This document shows positions 1 through 10,434 of a stretch of 64,000 bases of DNA, one piece after another. The position numbers and the translations under genes were made by a program. The notes below the pieces were generated by a model. That model saw only the letters and a program-made list of their open reading frames with translations. It was not told the DNA's origin and searched no databases. Within the stretch, counting starts at the first letter, position 1, and every line of letters starts with the position of its first letter. Location of the stretch: assembly GCA_050294405.1 (NCBI GenBank), contig JBNKOC010000016.1:288001-352000 (forward strand). The letters run 5' to 3'. Source of the DNA: Fibrobacteria bacterium. Its GTDB lineage: Bacteria > Fibrobacterota > Fibrobacteria > UBA11236 > JADFYW01.

Positions 1-777
1 GGGTACTACGGGGGTTTTCACTATTGGGAAGGCCAAGGAATTGAGGAGTGGAAATCAAAAGGAGTCTTTCCTCTGGCCAGAAAGACCCACTCCAATTTTT
101 ATTTTCAGTTGGGAACCTCCCTATCCAGATACCATGTATATATGTCTTTGCCCTATTTTTACAATTACCTGCATTCTTACAACTATGGACCAGAAGAAAA
201 AGCCTGGCCTGCTCAATCCAGTCAGGGCTTGGGAGATTTTCAACTAGGCATAAGGGGATTGTTTCGAACGGTGGAAATGGCTTTTATTGTTCCGAGTTTT
301 TATTCCCCCCATAAAAACTCGGAATTTCCCCAATCCGATTCCGTGGAAAATTTTAATCTGGAACCCTGGAGCGGTCTGGGGATGTTTAGAATAAATGGGC
401 GTATATACAAGTCATTTAATTCTAATTATGTATATGGGAATTTGAATATTTCCCTTTTTAAAATTAAAAAATCCGCCCCTATCTCAACGGGAGACAGTAA
501 AATTGAGCTGGGATGGATTCGAACATTAAATTCAAAAAAAAATATTGCCAAACTTGGAATCAAAGGAGGCCATTCCCGGTTCCATTGGTATGGGGCTCAA
601 AATTCTCCCAGGGTAGAGATGGAATTAGTGCCCGTATTGATAGCCGGTAAAAAAATAAATGAGAGCAGCCAAATAAATATTTCCCTTGGTTTTACTCTTC
701 GTCGCTGGGTTATTGATCCTGTAAATCCAGGCCGTGGCTCAAAAAGTATCACTGTAAATATATCTTTTTTAAGGTAA
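1..777 (+). CDS. Hypothetical protein, 5'-truncated by the window edge; possibly an outer-membrane beta-barrel
   Basis: Frame 1 is open from base 1 (GYYGGFHYWEGQG...) through the 109..777 ORF; alternating beta-strand pattern ending ITVNISFLR. Confidence 0.5.
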   Translation, partial: GYYGGFHYWEGQGIEEWKSKGVFPLARKTHSNFYFQLGTSLSRYHVYMSLPYFYNYLHSYNYGPEEKAWPAQSSQGLGDFQLGIRGLFRTVEMAFIVPSFYSPHKNSEFPQSDSVENFNLEPWSGLGMFRINGRIYKSFNSNYVYGNLNISLFKIKKSAPISTGDSKIELGWIRTLNSKKNIAKLGIKGGHSRFHWYGAQNSPRVEMELVPVLIAGKKINESSQINISLGFTLRRWVIDPVNPGRGSKSITVNISFLR

Positions 778-905
778 TAAATTTAAACTCACCAGTAGTT
801 GTTACAGTCCAACCTTATGCTGGTTATTCAATTGTATTTCAATTGATCTTAGGACTTCACAATTATAGTTTAATAACAAATACAAAATGCTTTTAGGAGG
901 TCTTT

Positions 906-1868
906 ATGGCGGCATCTGTTCTAGAACAATTAAAATCTATGACCGTGGTGGTTGCCGACACAGGTGATTTTAATTCCATTCAAAAATACGAACCCAGAGA
1001 CTCCACAACTAATCCATCCCTTATATATTCGGCCATACAGCAGCCAGAGTACCAGCCTTTACTGGAAGATGCGCTGGAAGACGCGAAAAAATCTGAAAAG
1101 GAACGGCACAAACAATTAAAGCATTTTCTGGATAAGCTGGCGGTAAATTTTGGTCTGGAAATTTTAAAAATCATTCCCGGGCGTGTTTCCACCGAAGTGG
1201 ATGCCCGTCTGTCGTTTGACAAAGATGCGACTACTGAAAAGGCCCGAAAGCTTATTTCCATGTATCAGGATGCAGGTATCGATTCCAATCGTATTTTGAT
1301 TAAAATCGCAGCCACTTGGGAGGGCATAGAAGCAGCTGCTCAGCTTGAAAAAGAAGGCATACATTGCAATTTAACGCTTTTGTTTGGTATGGCCCAGGCT
1401 GCCGCCTGCGCCGAAGCGGGCGTTACCCTGATATCTCCTTTTGTAGGAAGAATTTTAGATTGGCATAAAAAAGATCAAGGTGTCGACTACATTTCAGCCA
1501 TTGAAGATCCGGGCGTAATATCCGTGAAACACATATATCAGTACTACAAAAAGTTTGGTTACAAAACCGAAGTTATGGGCGCCAGCTTTCGCAATGTGGG
1601 TGAAATTATGGAATTGGCGGGTTGCGATTTGCTCACCATTGCCCCGAAGCTTTTGGAAGAGTTGGACGGCATGCAGCAGGATTTACCCCGGGTACTTACA
1701 ACGGATATGGGAGAAGATATCCCCCTCACCAAACTCAAACTCAAAGAAAAAGATTGGAGATGGCTGGTGAACCAAGACGCCTGCGTTTGCGACTTGTTAA
1801 GCGATGGAATACGCCGTTTTAGCGCCGATTTGGCTAAATTAGAACGCAATATTTCCGATAAATTATAA
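906..1868 (+). CDS. tal: Transaldolase
   Basis: VVADTGD, TTNPSL, GRVSTEVDARLS, LIKIAATWEGI (Schiff-base Lys), LISPFVGRI; RBS aggagg at 895-900. Confidence 0.97.
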   Translation: MAASVLEQLKSMTVVVADTGDFNSIQKYEPRDSTTNPSLIYSAIQQPEYQPLLEDALEDAKKSEKERHKQLKHFLDKLAVNFGLEILKIIPGRVSTEVDARLSFDKDATTEKARKLISMYQDAGIDSNRILIKIAATWEGIEAAAQLEKEGIHCNLTLLFGMAQAAACAEAGVTLISPFVGRILDWHKKDQGVDYISAIEDPGVISVKHIYQYYKKFGYKTEVMGASFRNVGEIMELAGCDLLTIAPKLLEELDGMQQDLPRVLTTDMGEDIPLTKLKLKEKDWRWLVNQDACVCDLLSDGIRRFSADLAKLERNISDKL

Positions 1869-1879
1869 TTGGTTATACT

Positions 1880-1904
1880 AAACTGCACATTTGTGCAGTT
1901 TTTT
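1880..1904 (+). terminator. Intrinsic terminator after tal
   Basis: aaactgcac-attt-gtgcagttt hairpin followed by a T run. Confidence 0.75.
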
Positions 1905-1942
1905 AGTGAATTGTCTCTTCAAAAGCATTATTTTGTTTCCTT

Positions 1943-4900
1943 ATGGGAACAGAAATCGAAATCGTTAATGCCAAAGAGCATAATCTTCAAAATATAACTA
2001 CTAAAATTCCTCGCGATAGCCTCGTTGTGGTAACCGGGGTGAGCGGCAGCGGGAAGAGCTCTCTTGCCTTCGACACCCTTTTTCAAGAGGGACAGCGTAA
2101 ATATATAGAATCCCTCTCTTCTTATGCCCGCCAGTTTATCGGGCAAATGAAGGCTCCTGAGGTGGAACATATATCGGGAATTTCTCCCACCATTTCCATC
2201 GATCAAAAAACAGTGAACCGAAATCCCAGAAGCACTGTGGGAACGGTAACCGGTGTTTACGATTTTTTCCGCTTACTGTTCGCCCGCTTGGGCACTCCCC
2301 ATTGCCCGGATTGCGGCGATGTAATTAAATCCCAAACTGTGGATCAAATTGCCTCGCAATTGGAATACAATTACCCTGGGGAAAAGCTTATGGTTATGGC
2401 TCCCATAGTGATAGATAGAAAAGGGGAGTACCGCAAAGAGCTTGACAGCTTACGGAGTAGCGGTTTTTTACGAGCCCGCATTGATGGAGAAATCCGGTTG
2501 CTGGAAGATAACATCCAGTTAAAACGCTATGAAAAACACACTATTGAGGCCATTATAGACCGGCTTCAGGTGGAACCTAAATACATGCCCAGAATCCGGG
2601 AAGGAATTGAAAAGGCCGTCGAGTTGGCGGATGGCATGGTCTCTTTTTTAATAGTTCGGGACGAAGGGGAAAAAGGCGAGTTGAAATTAAAAAAGAAAAG
2701 CGGTGAAAAGGGCAATAAGCATTTGGTTCAAAGCACAGAACTTGCCTGCGCAAAATGCGGCATTTCGCTTCCAGAAATCGAGCCCCGTTTTTTTTCTTTT
2801 AATTCGGTGCAGGGGGCTTGTCCTGAATGTGAGGGTTTGGGTTACAAGCAGGATTTTGATCCAGATTTGGTTATCCCCGACCCGGACCTGTCTATTTCCG
2901 AAGGCGCGATAAAATCAATGACGGACAATGGCAACATTGTTTTCTCCCATTACGGGATTCAGGAAATTGAAATTTTAGCCAAAAAATATGGTTTTAGTCT
3001 CAACAAACCCTGGAAGTCCCTATCTAAAAAGGCCCAAAACATTGTTTTATGGGGTTCCGATGAAAGCCTGCAATTCAAGTTAGTGAGAGATAGAAAATAC
3101 CGGAAAAGCGTAACATCCGAAAACCGGCCTATAAGAGGAGTTATTGAGGTTATGCAAAGGGTTTACGATCGCTGGCGCATTCCCATGATGGAAAAATATA
3201 TGCGTAGAAGCGTTTGTAAAAGTTGCGAAGGCAAGCGCTTGAGTCGCGAAAGCCTTGCTGTGACTTTCAGAGACAAAAATATTGTGGAATACAACAACAT
3301 GTCCATTAGCCAGGCGCATAGCTTGTTTTCCCAATTGAAACTAAGTGAATACGAACATAAAGTGGGTCGGGAAATATTTAAGGAAATTAAAAATCGCCTT
3401 GGCTTTTTAAACGATGTAGGGCTGGGGTATTTGTCCATGAACCGTTCAGCAGTGACTCTTTCCGGAGGGGAAGGACAGCGAATCCGGCTGGCCTCCCAAG
3501 TAGGCGCGGGTTTGCAGGGTGTAATGTATGTTCTGGATGAACCTTCAATTGGACTGCATCCAAGGGATAATAAACAACTTCTAAAAACGCTTTTTCATTT
3601 GAGGGACTTGGGCAATTCCCTTATTGTGGTGGAACACGATGAAGAAACCATGCGCAGTGCCGATCATGTATTGGATATTGGCCCTGGAGCCGGTGTAGAA
3701 GGCGGCAAAATAGTAGGGGAGGGCAGTTTTTCCCAAATTAAAAAAAATAAAGACTCCCTAACCGCAGGTTACTTAAATGGACGCCTTAAAATTGAAATTC
3801 CTTCTAAAAGAAGAAAACCCGGTAAACAGTGGCTCCAGCTCAAAGGCGCTTCGGAAAATAATTTAAAAAATATTCAAGTCAAATTTCCCCTTGGAGTCTT
3901 TGTTGGTGTAACGGGGGTGAGCGGTTCGGGGAAGAGCACCTTAATTAATGCCATATTAAAAAAGGTTATTGCCAGGGAGTTATATGGAAATGGCGAAGAG
4001 CCCGGGAAATTTAAGAGTCTGGAGGGCTTGGAGCACATCGACAGGATGGTGGAAATAGACCAAACTCCCATCGGCAGAACTCCTCGATCCAACCCCGTAA
4101 CATACACCAAGGTGTTTGACCATATTCGGGATTTGTTCGCCGGCTTGCCCGAATCCAAAATCAGAGGTTATAAAAAAGGCCGCTTTTCTTTTAATGTAGC
4201 CGGGGGACGCTGTGAACATTGCGGAGGAGCGGGCGTTAGAGAAATCGAAATGCAGTTATTGGCTAATGTATCTGTTCCATGTGAAGAATGTAACGGGAAA
4301 AGATTTAACGATGCCACTTTGGAAGTCCATTATAAAGGGCTTAATATTTATGATGTATTAGAACTTTCCATATCTGAGGCCTGTAAATTCTTTTCAGCTC
4401 AGCCTAAAATAATGCGTGGGCTGGACATGATGGATAAAATTGGTTTGGGATATATAAAGCTCGGCCAACCTTCCACCACCTTATCCGGTGGAGAGGCCCA
4501 ACGGGTAAAGCTCTCTTCTGAATTGCAAAAACCCGGAACGGGAAAAACCTTATATCTGTTGGATGAACCTACCACAGGGCTTCATTTTGCCGATATCGCC
4601 AAGTTGTTAGAGTCCCTCCAGTCTTTGGTAGATAAAGGCAATACAGTCATTGTTATTGAACACAACCTGGATGTAATTAAAACCGTGGACTACATTTTAG
4701 ACCTGGGTCCAGAGGGTGGGGATGAAGGAGGCCAAATTGTAGCCAAAGGCACTCCGGAGGAGGTCGCTAAAATTAGCAAGTCCCACACTGGAAAAGCCTT
4801 AAAAGCGGTGTTGGACAATAAACCCCAGGGCAGGCCCTCCAAAATAAAGGGAATAGGCCAGCAACACAGAAACATCGTGGTAAAAGGAGGTTATAAACAT

Positions 4901-7714
4901 AACCTTAAAAACATAGATGTGGAGATACCCAAAAATAAATTAACAGTGGTGACCGGGGTTTCAGGCAGTGGAAAATCCTCCCTTGCCTTCAGTACCTTAT
5001 TTGCCGAAGGCCAAAGGCGCTTTATTGAATCTTTGTCCACTTACGCCCGCAGGTTTGTCGGGCAATTGGATAAGGGGGATGTGGAGTCTATCGAGGGGCT
5101 TGCCCCAGCCATTGCCATCGATCAGAAGTCTGCCGGTAGAAGTTCCAAGTCCACTGTGGCCACCATTACCGAAATTTATGACTACTTCCGGCTTTTATAC
5201 GCCCGCCTGGGGGAAATACATTGTCCCCACTGTTCCAAAAAACTGGATTTCTATTCTTTGCAAACTATTGTAAAAAGTTGTTTTGAAAAATACGCTTCTG
5301 AAAACCTTCGCATATTGGCACCCCTGTATTTGAAAAATGTGGATCACGATTTTTATCTCGATACACCCGGACATCTAACTGGAGCAGCCTCTCAATTGGG
5401 AGAACAGGGTTTTCGCCGATATTATCTGGATGGCAAGTTTGTGGAGCAGGAGGAGCTTCCCAAAAACATAAAAGCCAATTCCATTAGCTTGTATATAGAT
5501 TCCTTGAATCTCAAAGAATCCAATCGAGGGAGATTTACGGAAGGAATCGAAGCTGCTTTGGACAAGGGACATGGCATATGCGTTCTACAAACATCCGATG
5601 GAAAAGAAGAGTTTTTTGGAGTTAAGCCTTTTTGCTCCGAGGGTCATTATTTCATGCGGGATGCCATTGAGCCCCGTAACTTTTCTTTTAATTCCCATTG
5701 GGGCGCCTGCGCAAAATGCCAGGGGCTGGGAAATGTGCAACAAATAAGCCCCAGAGCCTTAATTTCCAATGCCAGTGCCCCATTGTTGTCTGGTGGAATA
5801 ACATCGCCGCTCAATCGGAAATTTAAAAGACGCACAGGATATTACCATACTTTATTAAAAAACCAACTCGCCGATTGGGGTTATGACGCCAAGGCCTCAT
5901 TTTCTGATTTGTCAAAACAACATCAGAAGGATTTTATTTACGGTTCTTTAGAAACCTTGAATATAAAACGAAGAACCCGAAGAGCAAGTCATGAATATTC
6001 TGCCCAATGGAAGGGACTTTTATTTTTGGCGGAAAAATGGTTTGCTTCCCATCATACGTTAACCTGGCTTGTGGGTCGGGCTAGGTTGGTGGAAGACGCT
6101 CTGTGCCCAGAATGTCATGGTTCGAGGCTGATGAAGCCGTTTAGCGAAGTCAGCTTTCATCAAAAGACCATTGGGGAAATAAGTAATATGACTGTAGCCT
6201 CCTGCGTTCATTTTTTTAATAACCTTAAGTTAAGCGCCTATGAAAAACTAATTGGAGAACAGATTCTTAGAGAAATTACGGGCCGTCTAAATTTTTTGGA
6301 CTCGGTTGGTCTTGGATATTTAGGCCTTCACCGCACGGGCAGTTCGCTTTCCGGCGGGGAAGCTCAACGTATCCGCCTGGCCAGCCAAATTGGATCTGGG
6401 TTGGAAGGCGTTTTATATGTGCTAGATGAACCTACAGTAGGCCTGCATCAAAGGGATACCGCGCAATTAGTACATACATTAAAAAAACTCAGGGATTTGG
6501 GTAATACAGTTGTGGTGGTTGAGCACGATCCAGAAATGATTCAAAGTGCGGACTGGATTGTGGACATGGGGCCTGAGGCAGGTGAATTTGGAGGAGAGGT
6601 CATTGCCACAGGGACACCTAAGCAAATCAAAAAAATGCCCCTCAGTAAAACAGGAAAATACCTTTCAAAATTTATTGAGGTGGGGAAGCCTCCAGAAAAT
6701 ATTAAGGAGGCCACAAAGTTTATTGAAATTGAAGCGGCCCAAATTCACAATTTGAAAAGTATATCCACAAAAATTCCTTTGAATATGTTAACTGTTTTTT
6801 GCGGAGTCTCCGGATCCGGAAAAAGCAGTTTGGTGATGGATGTTTTGGCTAAAAACGTAGAAAAGGCCTTAGCTAAAAAAACTTCCCAGCCGGAAAATTG
6901 CGGAAAATTTAAAATGCCTTCCGAAATTAAAAACCTCATATTAGTGGATCAAAGCCCACTGGGTAGCAATCCCAGATCGAATCCAATCACTTATGGCAAA
7001 GCTTTTGATAAAATCCGTGAAATATTTGCAAAAGTTCCCGAAGCAAAGGTCAAGGGTTTTACCCGCACCCGTTTTTCCATTAACATGGGTGTGGGGCGTT
7101 GCTCCAGTTGTGAGGGCATGGGAAAAATTAAGTTGGAGATGCATTTTTTATCGGATGTTTGGGTGACCTGTGACAGTTGCAAAGGCAAACGCTACAATGA
7201 AGACACTCTGGAAATAAAGTTTAAAGGAAAGTCCATTTCCGATATATTAGAGATGAGAGTCAGTGAAGCCGTGGGTTTTTTCAGTTTTCAAAACAGCATC
7301 GCAAAATACTTAAAAACTTTAGAAGATGTGGGACTGGGTTATTTGAAATTAGGGCAATCTGCAAATACCCTTTCAGGAGGAGAAGCTCAAAGAATAAAAC
7401 TAGCCGCCGAGCTAGCCAAATCTTCCAGGGGACATAATCTATATATTTTAGATGAACCCACCACCGGTCTCCATATGGCTGATATTTCCATGTTGCTTTC
7501 TGTAATGCAACGGTTGGTGGAACAGGGCCACACAATGGTTGTCATTGAGCATCAAATGGATGTTATTAAAAATGCCCATTGGCTTGTTGAGCTTGGTCCG
7601 GATGGCGGAGAAAAAGGGGGGAATATTATTTATGAGGGAAGGGCTTCTTCTTTGGCAGAGCAGAGCACTCCTACTGCTAAAGCCCTTGTTGCCCCAAAGT
7701 TGCAAAAAATTTAA
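1943..7714 (+). CDS. uvrA: Excinuclease ABC subunit A, double-length (two fused UvrA units)
   Basis: Four GVSGSGKS Walker A motifs, four LSGGE signatures, four LDEP Walker B motifs and CxxC zinc modules; 1923 aa. Confidence 0.95.
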   Translation: MGTEIEIVNAKEHNLQNITTKIPRDSLVVVTGVSGSGKSSLAFDTLFQEGQRKYIESLSSYARQFIGQMKAPEVEHISGISPTISIDQKTVNRNPRSTVGTVTGVYDFFRLLFARLGTPHCPDCGDVIKSQTVDQIASQLEYNYPGEKLMVMAPIVIDRKGEYRKELDSLRSSGFLRARIDGEIRLLEDNIQLKRYEKHTIEAIIDRLQVEPKYMPRIREGIEKAVELADGMVSFLIVRDEGEKGELKLKKKSGEKGNKHLVQSTELACAKCGISLPEIEPRFFSFNSVQGACPECEGLGYKQDFDPDLVIPDPDLSISEGAIKSMTDNGNIVFSHYGIQEIEILAKKYGFSLNKPWKSLSKKAQNIVLWGSDESLQFKLVRDRKYRKSVTSENRPIRGVIEVMQRVYDRWRIPMMEKYMRRSVCKSCEGKRLSRESLAVTFRDKNIVEYNNMSISQAHSLFSQLKLSEYEHKVGREIFKEIKNRLGFLNDVGLGYLSMNRSAVTLSGGEGQRIRLASQVGAGLQGVMYVLDEPSIGLHPRDNKQLLKTLFHLRDLGNSLIVVEHDEETMRSADHVLDIGPGAGVEGGKIVGEGSFSQIKKNKDSLTAGYLNGRLKIEIPSKRRKPGKQWLQLKGASENNLKNIQVKFPLGVFVGVTGVSGSGKSTLINAILKKVIARELYGNGEEPGKFKSLEGLEHIDRMVEIDQTPIGRTPRSNPVTYTKVFDHIRDLFAGLPESKIRGYKKGRFSFNVAGGRCEHCGGAGVREIEMQLLANVSVPCEECNGKRFNDATLEVHYKGLNIYDVLELSISEACKFFSAQPKIMRGLDMMDKIGLGYIKLGQPSTTLSGGEAQRVKLSSELQKPGTGKTLYLLDEPTTGLHFADIAKLLESLQSLVDKGNTVIVIEHNLDVIKTVDYILDLGPEGGDEGGQIVAKGTPEEVAKISKSHTGKALKAVLDNKPQGRPSKIKGIGQQHRNIVVKGGYKHNLKNIDVEIPKNKLTVVTGVSGSGKSSLAFSTLFAEGQRRFIESLSTYARRFVGQLDKGDVESIEGLAPAIAIDQKSAGRSSKSTVATITEIYDYFRLLYARLGEIHCPHCSKKLDFYSLQTIVKSCFEKYASENLRILAPLYLKNVDHDFYLDTPGHLTGAASQLGEQGFRRYYLDGKFVEQEELPKNIKANSISLYIDSLNLKESNRGRFTEGIEAALDKGHGICVLQTSDGKEEFFGVKPFCSEGHYFMRDAIEPRNFSFNSHWGACAKCQGLGNVQQISPRALISNASAPLLSGGITSPLNRKFKRRTGYYHTLLKNQLADWGYDAKASFSDLSKQHQKDFIYGSLETLNIKRRTRRASHEYSAQWKGLLFLAEKWFASHHTLTWLVGRARLVEDALCPECHGSRLMKPFSEVSFHQKTIGEISNMTVASCVHFFNNLKLSAYEKLIGEQILREITGRLNFLDSVGLGYLGLHRTGSSLSGGEAQRIRLASQIGSGLEGVLYVLDEPTVGLHQRDTAQLVHTLKKLRDLGNTVVVVEHDPEMIQSADWIVDMGPEAGEFGGEVIATGTPKQIKKMPLSKTGKYLSKFIEVGKPPENIKEATKFIEIEAAQIHNLKSISTKIPLNMLTVFCGVSGSGKSSLVMDVLAKNVEKALAKKTSQPENCGKFKMPSEIKNLILVDQSPLGSNPRSNPITYGKAFDKIREIFAKVPEAKVKGFTRTRFSINMGVGRCSSCEGMGKIKLEMHFLSDVWVTCDSCKGKRYNEDTLEIKFKGKSISDILEMRVSEAVGFFSFQNSIAKYLKTLEDVGLGYLKLGQSANTLSGGEAQRIKLAAELAKSSRGHNLYILDEPTTGLHMADISMLLSVMQRLVEQGHTMVVIEHQMDVIKNAHWLVELGPDGGEKGGNIIYEGRASSLAEQSTPTAKALVAPKLQKI

Positions 7715-7744
7715 GAGGGAAGGTGATATTTTGCCTTCCCCTTT
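7714..7744. terminator. Hairpin between convergent uvrA and pectate lyase genes
   Basis: gggaaggt...gccttccc inverted repeat with flanking A/T runs. Confidence 0.6.
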
Positions 7745-7747
7745 AAA

Positions 7748-9268
7748 TTAAGGCAATATCAGCAGGTTATAGCTTTTTTTTGGAGATTGTAACTTCAAAA
7801 CAAGGCTATTCCCTTTAACTGTATTTTGAATTAGCAGACCCTGGTATAATTCATTGCCACTAACTTTTCTTCTGTATATATGTGTTCCGTTAATATGGTA
7901 AACATCCAACACGAAAATACCGGGGTCTGGATTACGGGAGTGCATAAAAAGTTTGCCCCGGCTATAGAAAATTTGGGAAGCTCTCTCCTTGCCCCCTGTT
8001 ATTTTAACTATTTCCAGACCAAGCTCTATGGCTCCCAAATCAGGTTTTTCACCGGCAAAGTCCAAACCTTCCAGAATTCCTCCTGCATCAACAAGTATTC
8101 CATTTTCTACTGGCTGTAAGAATCCATTGCTCAAAGGGTTATCATTGGGACCTGGGGTCATGGATACAAAATCTGACTGTGAAACGGAAACAGGCCATTC
8201 TGTGTCCTGGTCATTTAAGGCATTTGGTCCAATGAGGTTGCCTACAATTCTGTCTGTATGCCCTCCGCCCAGGCTCAGATTATTCGCAAATTGGTGGCTG
8301 GCTCCATCTCTGGTATGGAAATTATAGTCCCCATTATTATAGGAGCTATTATTAAAAAATTGTATGCTGGATGTGTTCCCATTGTCGGTAAAACCATGTT
8401 TGCCATTATTAAAGGCAACGCAATGTATGACCCTATGGTTCACTAAAATTCCTGAGCTTCCCAATTTAAAGCCATTTTTATCCCCATTTCCAGAACTGGA
8501 GCCATCACTAAGAGTACCATTGTTATGGGCGATACAATATTCCAAAGTGACTTCACCAATGGGACCGGTTTCTGACTTGGCATACAAATCCCATCCATCG
8601 TCTATGTTGTGGTGGGATATGCAATGGCGAAAAACATTGCCCACACCTGTTGTTAGTTTTGGAGCGAAGCCATCTGCGTCCTCATGATCGCTGTCGGAAT
8701 TATCATGGGATATACATCCAACAATTAAATTGTGTGAGGGCCAATCCTCTATGGATTCAGCATTTGTGTTATACCTGCTCAATTGCAGACCGGAATCGCG
8801 GTTTTTGCGAAATATACAGTTTTTAATTTGATTATAACTCCCGGACAACAACATTCCATTGTCGCCAGCTTCTTCAATAACCAATCCTGAAATTTCCCAA
8901 TAGTCTCCATCCATAATTACCCCCCTGTTTGAAGGGTCCTCTTCCATCTGGCTGAAATTAAATATGGCCTCTCCATTTTCTATGGCGAGCATTTTTATGG
9001 GGCTATTTTCTTCCCCCGTGGCATTAATTAACAAGCTGGTATTAAGGCTGTAAATCCCGGACTGGAGCCAAATGATGTCTCCAGCTTGCGCCTTGCTTAA
9101 GGCACTCGAAACATCCAATGGCTCTTCTGCTAATCCTGATGCATCTGGTTCACCGTTGGGGGACACATAAAATTCTCTGGCCGAAACCGTTGCTGCAAGG
9201 AAAAATAACCCTAGTGTGAATTTTCGGGCAAAATAATTAAAACGAAATTTGTTAATTCCTATCTTCAT
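7748..9268 (-). CDS. Secreted polysaccharide lyase family 9-like (pectate lyase) with T9SS-like C-terminal domain
   Basis: Signal peptide; right-handed beta-helix repeats; DADGFAPK, NIDDGWD and NGDKNGFKLG PL9-type motifs; start moved to 9268 (RBS aggagg upstream). Confidence 0.85.
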   Translation of the reverse strand: MKIGINKFRFNYFARKFTLGLFFLAATVSAREFYVSPNGEPDASGLAEEPLDVSSALSKAQAGDIIWLQSGIYSLNTSLLINATGEENSPIKMLAIENGEAIFNFSQMEEDPSNRGVIMDGDYWEISGLVIEEAGDNGMLLSGSYNQIKNCIFRKNRDSGLQLSRYNTNAESIEDWPSHNLIVGCISHDNSDSDHEDADGFAPKLTTGVGNVFRHCISHHNIDDGWDLYAKSETGPIGEVTLEYCIAHNNGTLSDGSSSGNGDKNGFKLGSSGILVNHRVIHCVAFNNGKHGFTDNGNTSSIQFFNNSSYNNGDYNFHTRDGASHQFANNLSLGGGHTDRIVGNLIGPNALNDQDTEWPVSVSQSDFVSMTPGPNDNPLSNGFLQPVENGILVDAGGILEGLDFAGEKPDLGAIELGLEIVKITGGKERASQIFYSRGKLFMHSRNPDPGIFVLDVYHINGTHIYRRKVSGNELYQGLLIQNTVKGNSLVLKLQSPKKSYNLLILP

Positions 9269-9478
9269 GTTAAACCTCCTTTTCATAATATGGGTATTCC
9301 CGGGTAATTCCATTTTGCGTATTTTGCACAAATGTTTAATTAAAATAAACAAAGCCTGGATAATTATTTTTTTTCCTCATATCTGATTGAAATTTTTCAC
9401 TAATGAAATTTTATGCGGAATGGCATATCATTGATAATGCGGCATATAAAAGATAAGTTTTTAACAGAGAAAAATTTT

Positions 9479-10294
9479 ATGGAAATAAAAAGCATGTTGG
9501 CGCCGGTAATATACATACCCCATGGGGGAGGTCCCCTTCCACTATTGGGAGATCCGGGCCACCAGTCCCTAATTCGATTCTTAAAAAATTATCCAACTAA
9601 AATTTCAAGGCCAGAAGCTATTCTTGTAATCAACGCCCATTGGGAAGAAGAAGCCGCCACTATTCAGGCAAATTCAAACCCTGGCATGTTTTACGATTAT
9701 TATGGTTTTCCCCAGGAGTCTTATGAAATAAAATATCCAGCTCCCGCAGCACTTGAATTGGCTGAGGAAATTTCCAAATTGTTAAAAAACGCCGAAATAA
9801 ATTATAAGCAGGATTCTGAGCGTGGATATGATCATGGGCTTTTTGTGCCTTTAAAACTTATGTATCCCGATGCGGATATCCCTTGTTTGCAATTATCTCT
9901 TTTGAAAAATTTAGATCCTGAATCCCATATTAATTTGGGGGAGGCCTTATCTGAACTTAGAAATAGAAATATTCTTGTGGTTGGATCGGGATTATCCTTT
10001 CATAACATGCGCGCTTTATTTTCCTTCTCAAAAGAAAGCCAAAATCAGGCCATGCAATTTAATAGTTGGCTCATTAATATGTTTAGAGATGAAAACCAGA
10101 GTTATGAAAACAAAAAGGAAGCACTAATAAATTGGAAGAATGCCCCAGGTGCTTTATTTTGCCACCCTCGGGAAGAACATCTTTTGCCCCTACATGTTTG
10201 TTTTGGCTTATGTAAAGAAAATTCCGAGCAATGCAATATTGAGTATAAAGATGATTTTATGGGATATCCAGTCTGTGCCATTAGCTGGAATTAA
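9479..10294 (+). CDS. DODA/YgiD-type class III extradiol dioxygenase (LigB family)
   Basis: IPHGGGP, AHW, YDYYGFP, RGYDHG, GSGLSFHN, HPREEHLLPL; start codon uncertain. Confidence 0.92.
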   Translation: MEIKSMLAPVIYIPHGGGPLPLLGDPGHQSLIRFLKNYPTKISRPEAILVINAHWEEEAATIQANSNPGMFYDYYGFPQESYEIKYPAPAALELAEEISKLLKNAEINYKQDSERGYDHGLFVPLKLMYPDADIPCLQLSLLKNLDPESHINLGEALSELRNRNILVVGSGLSFHNMRALFSFSKESQNQAMQFNSWLINMFRDENQSYENKKEALINWKNAPGALFCHPREEHLLPLHVCFGLCKENSEQCNIEYKDDFMGYPVCAISWN

Positions 10295-10380
10295 GCCGTT
10301 TTGTAATGATTTAAATAATGATAACAAAATATCATCATTACTAGAATTGGCAAACTCAAAATTGCAGTTTAAGCTTGGAC

Positions 10381-10413
10381 AAAAAAAAGCTGCCTTTATG
10401 CGAGGCAGCTTTT
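10381..10413. terminator. Bidirectional intrinsic terminator
   Basis: aaaagctgcct-ttatgcg-aggcagctttt with A and T runs, between convergent genes. Confidence 0.8.
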
Positions 10414-10434
10414 AATGCAATTAAAAGGTTGAAT

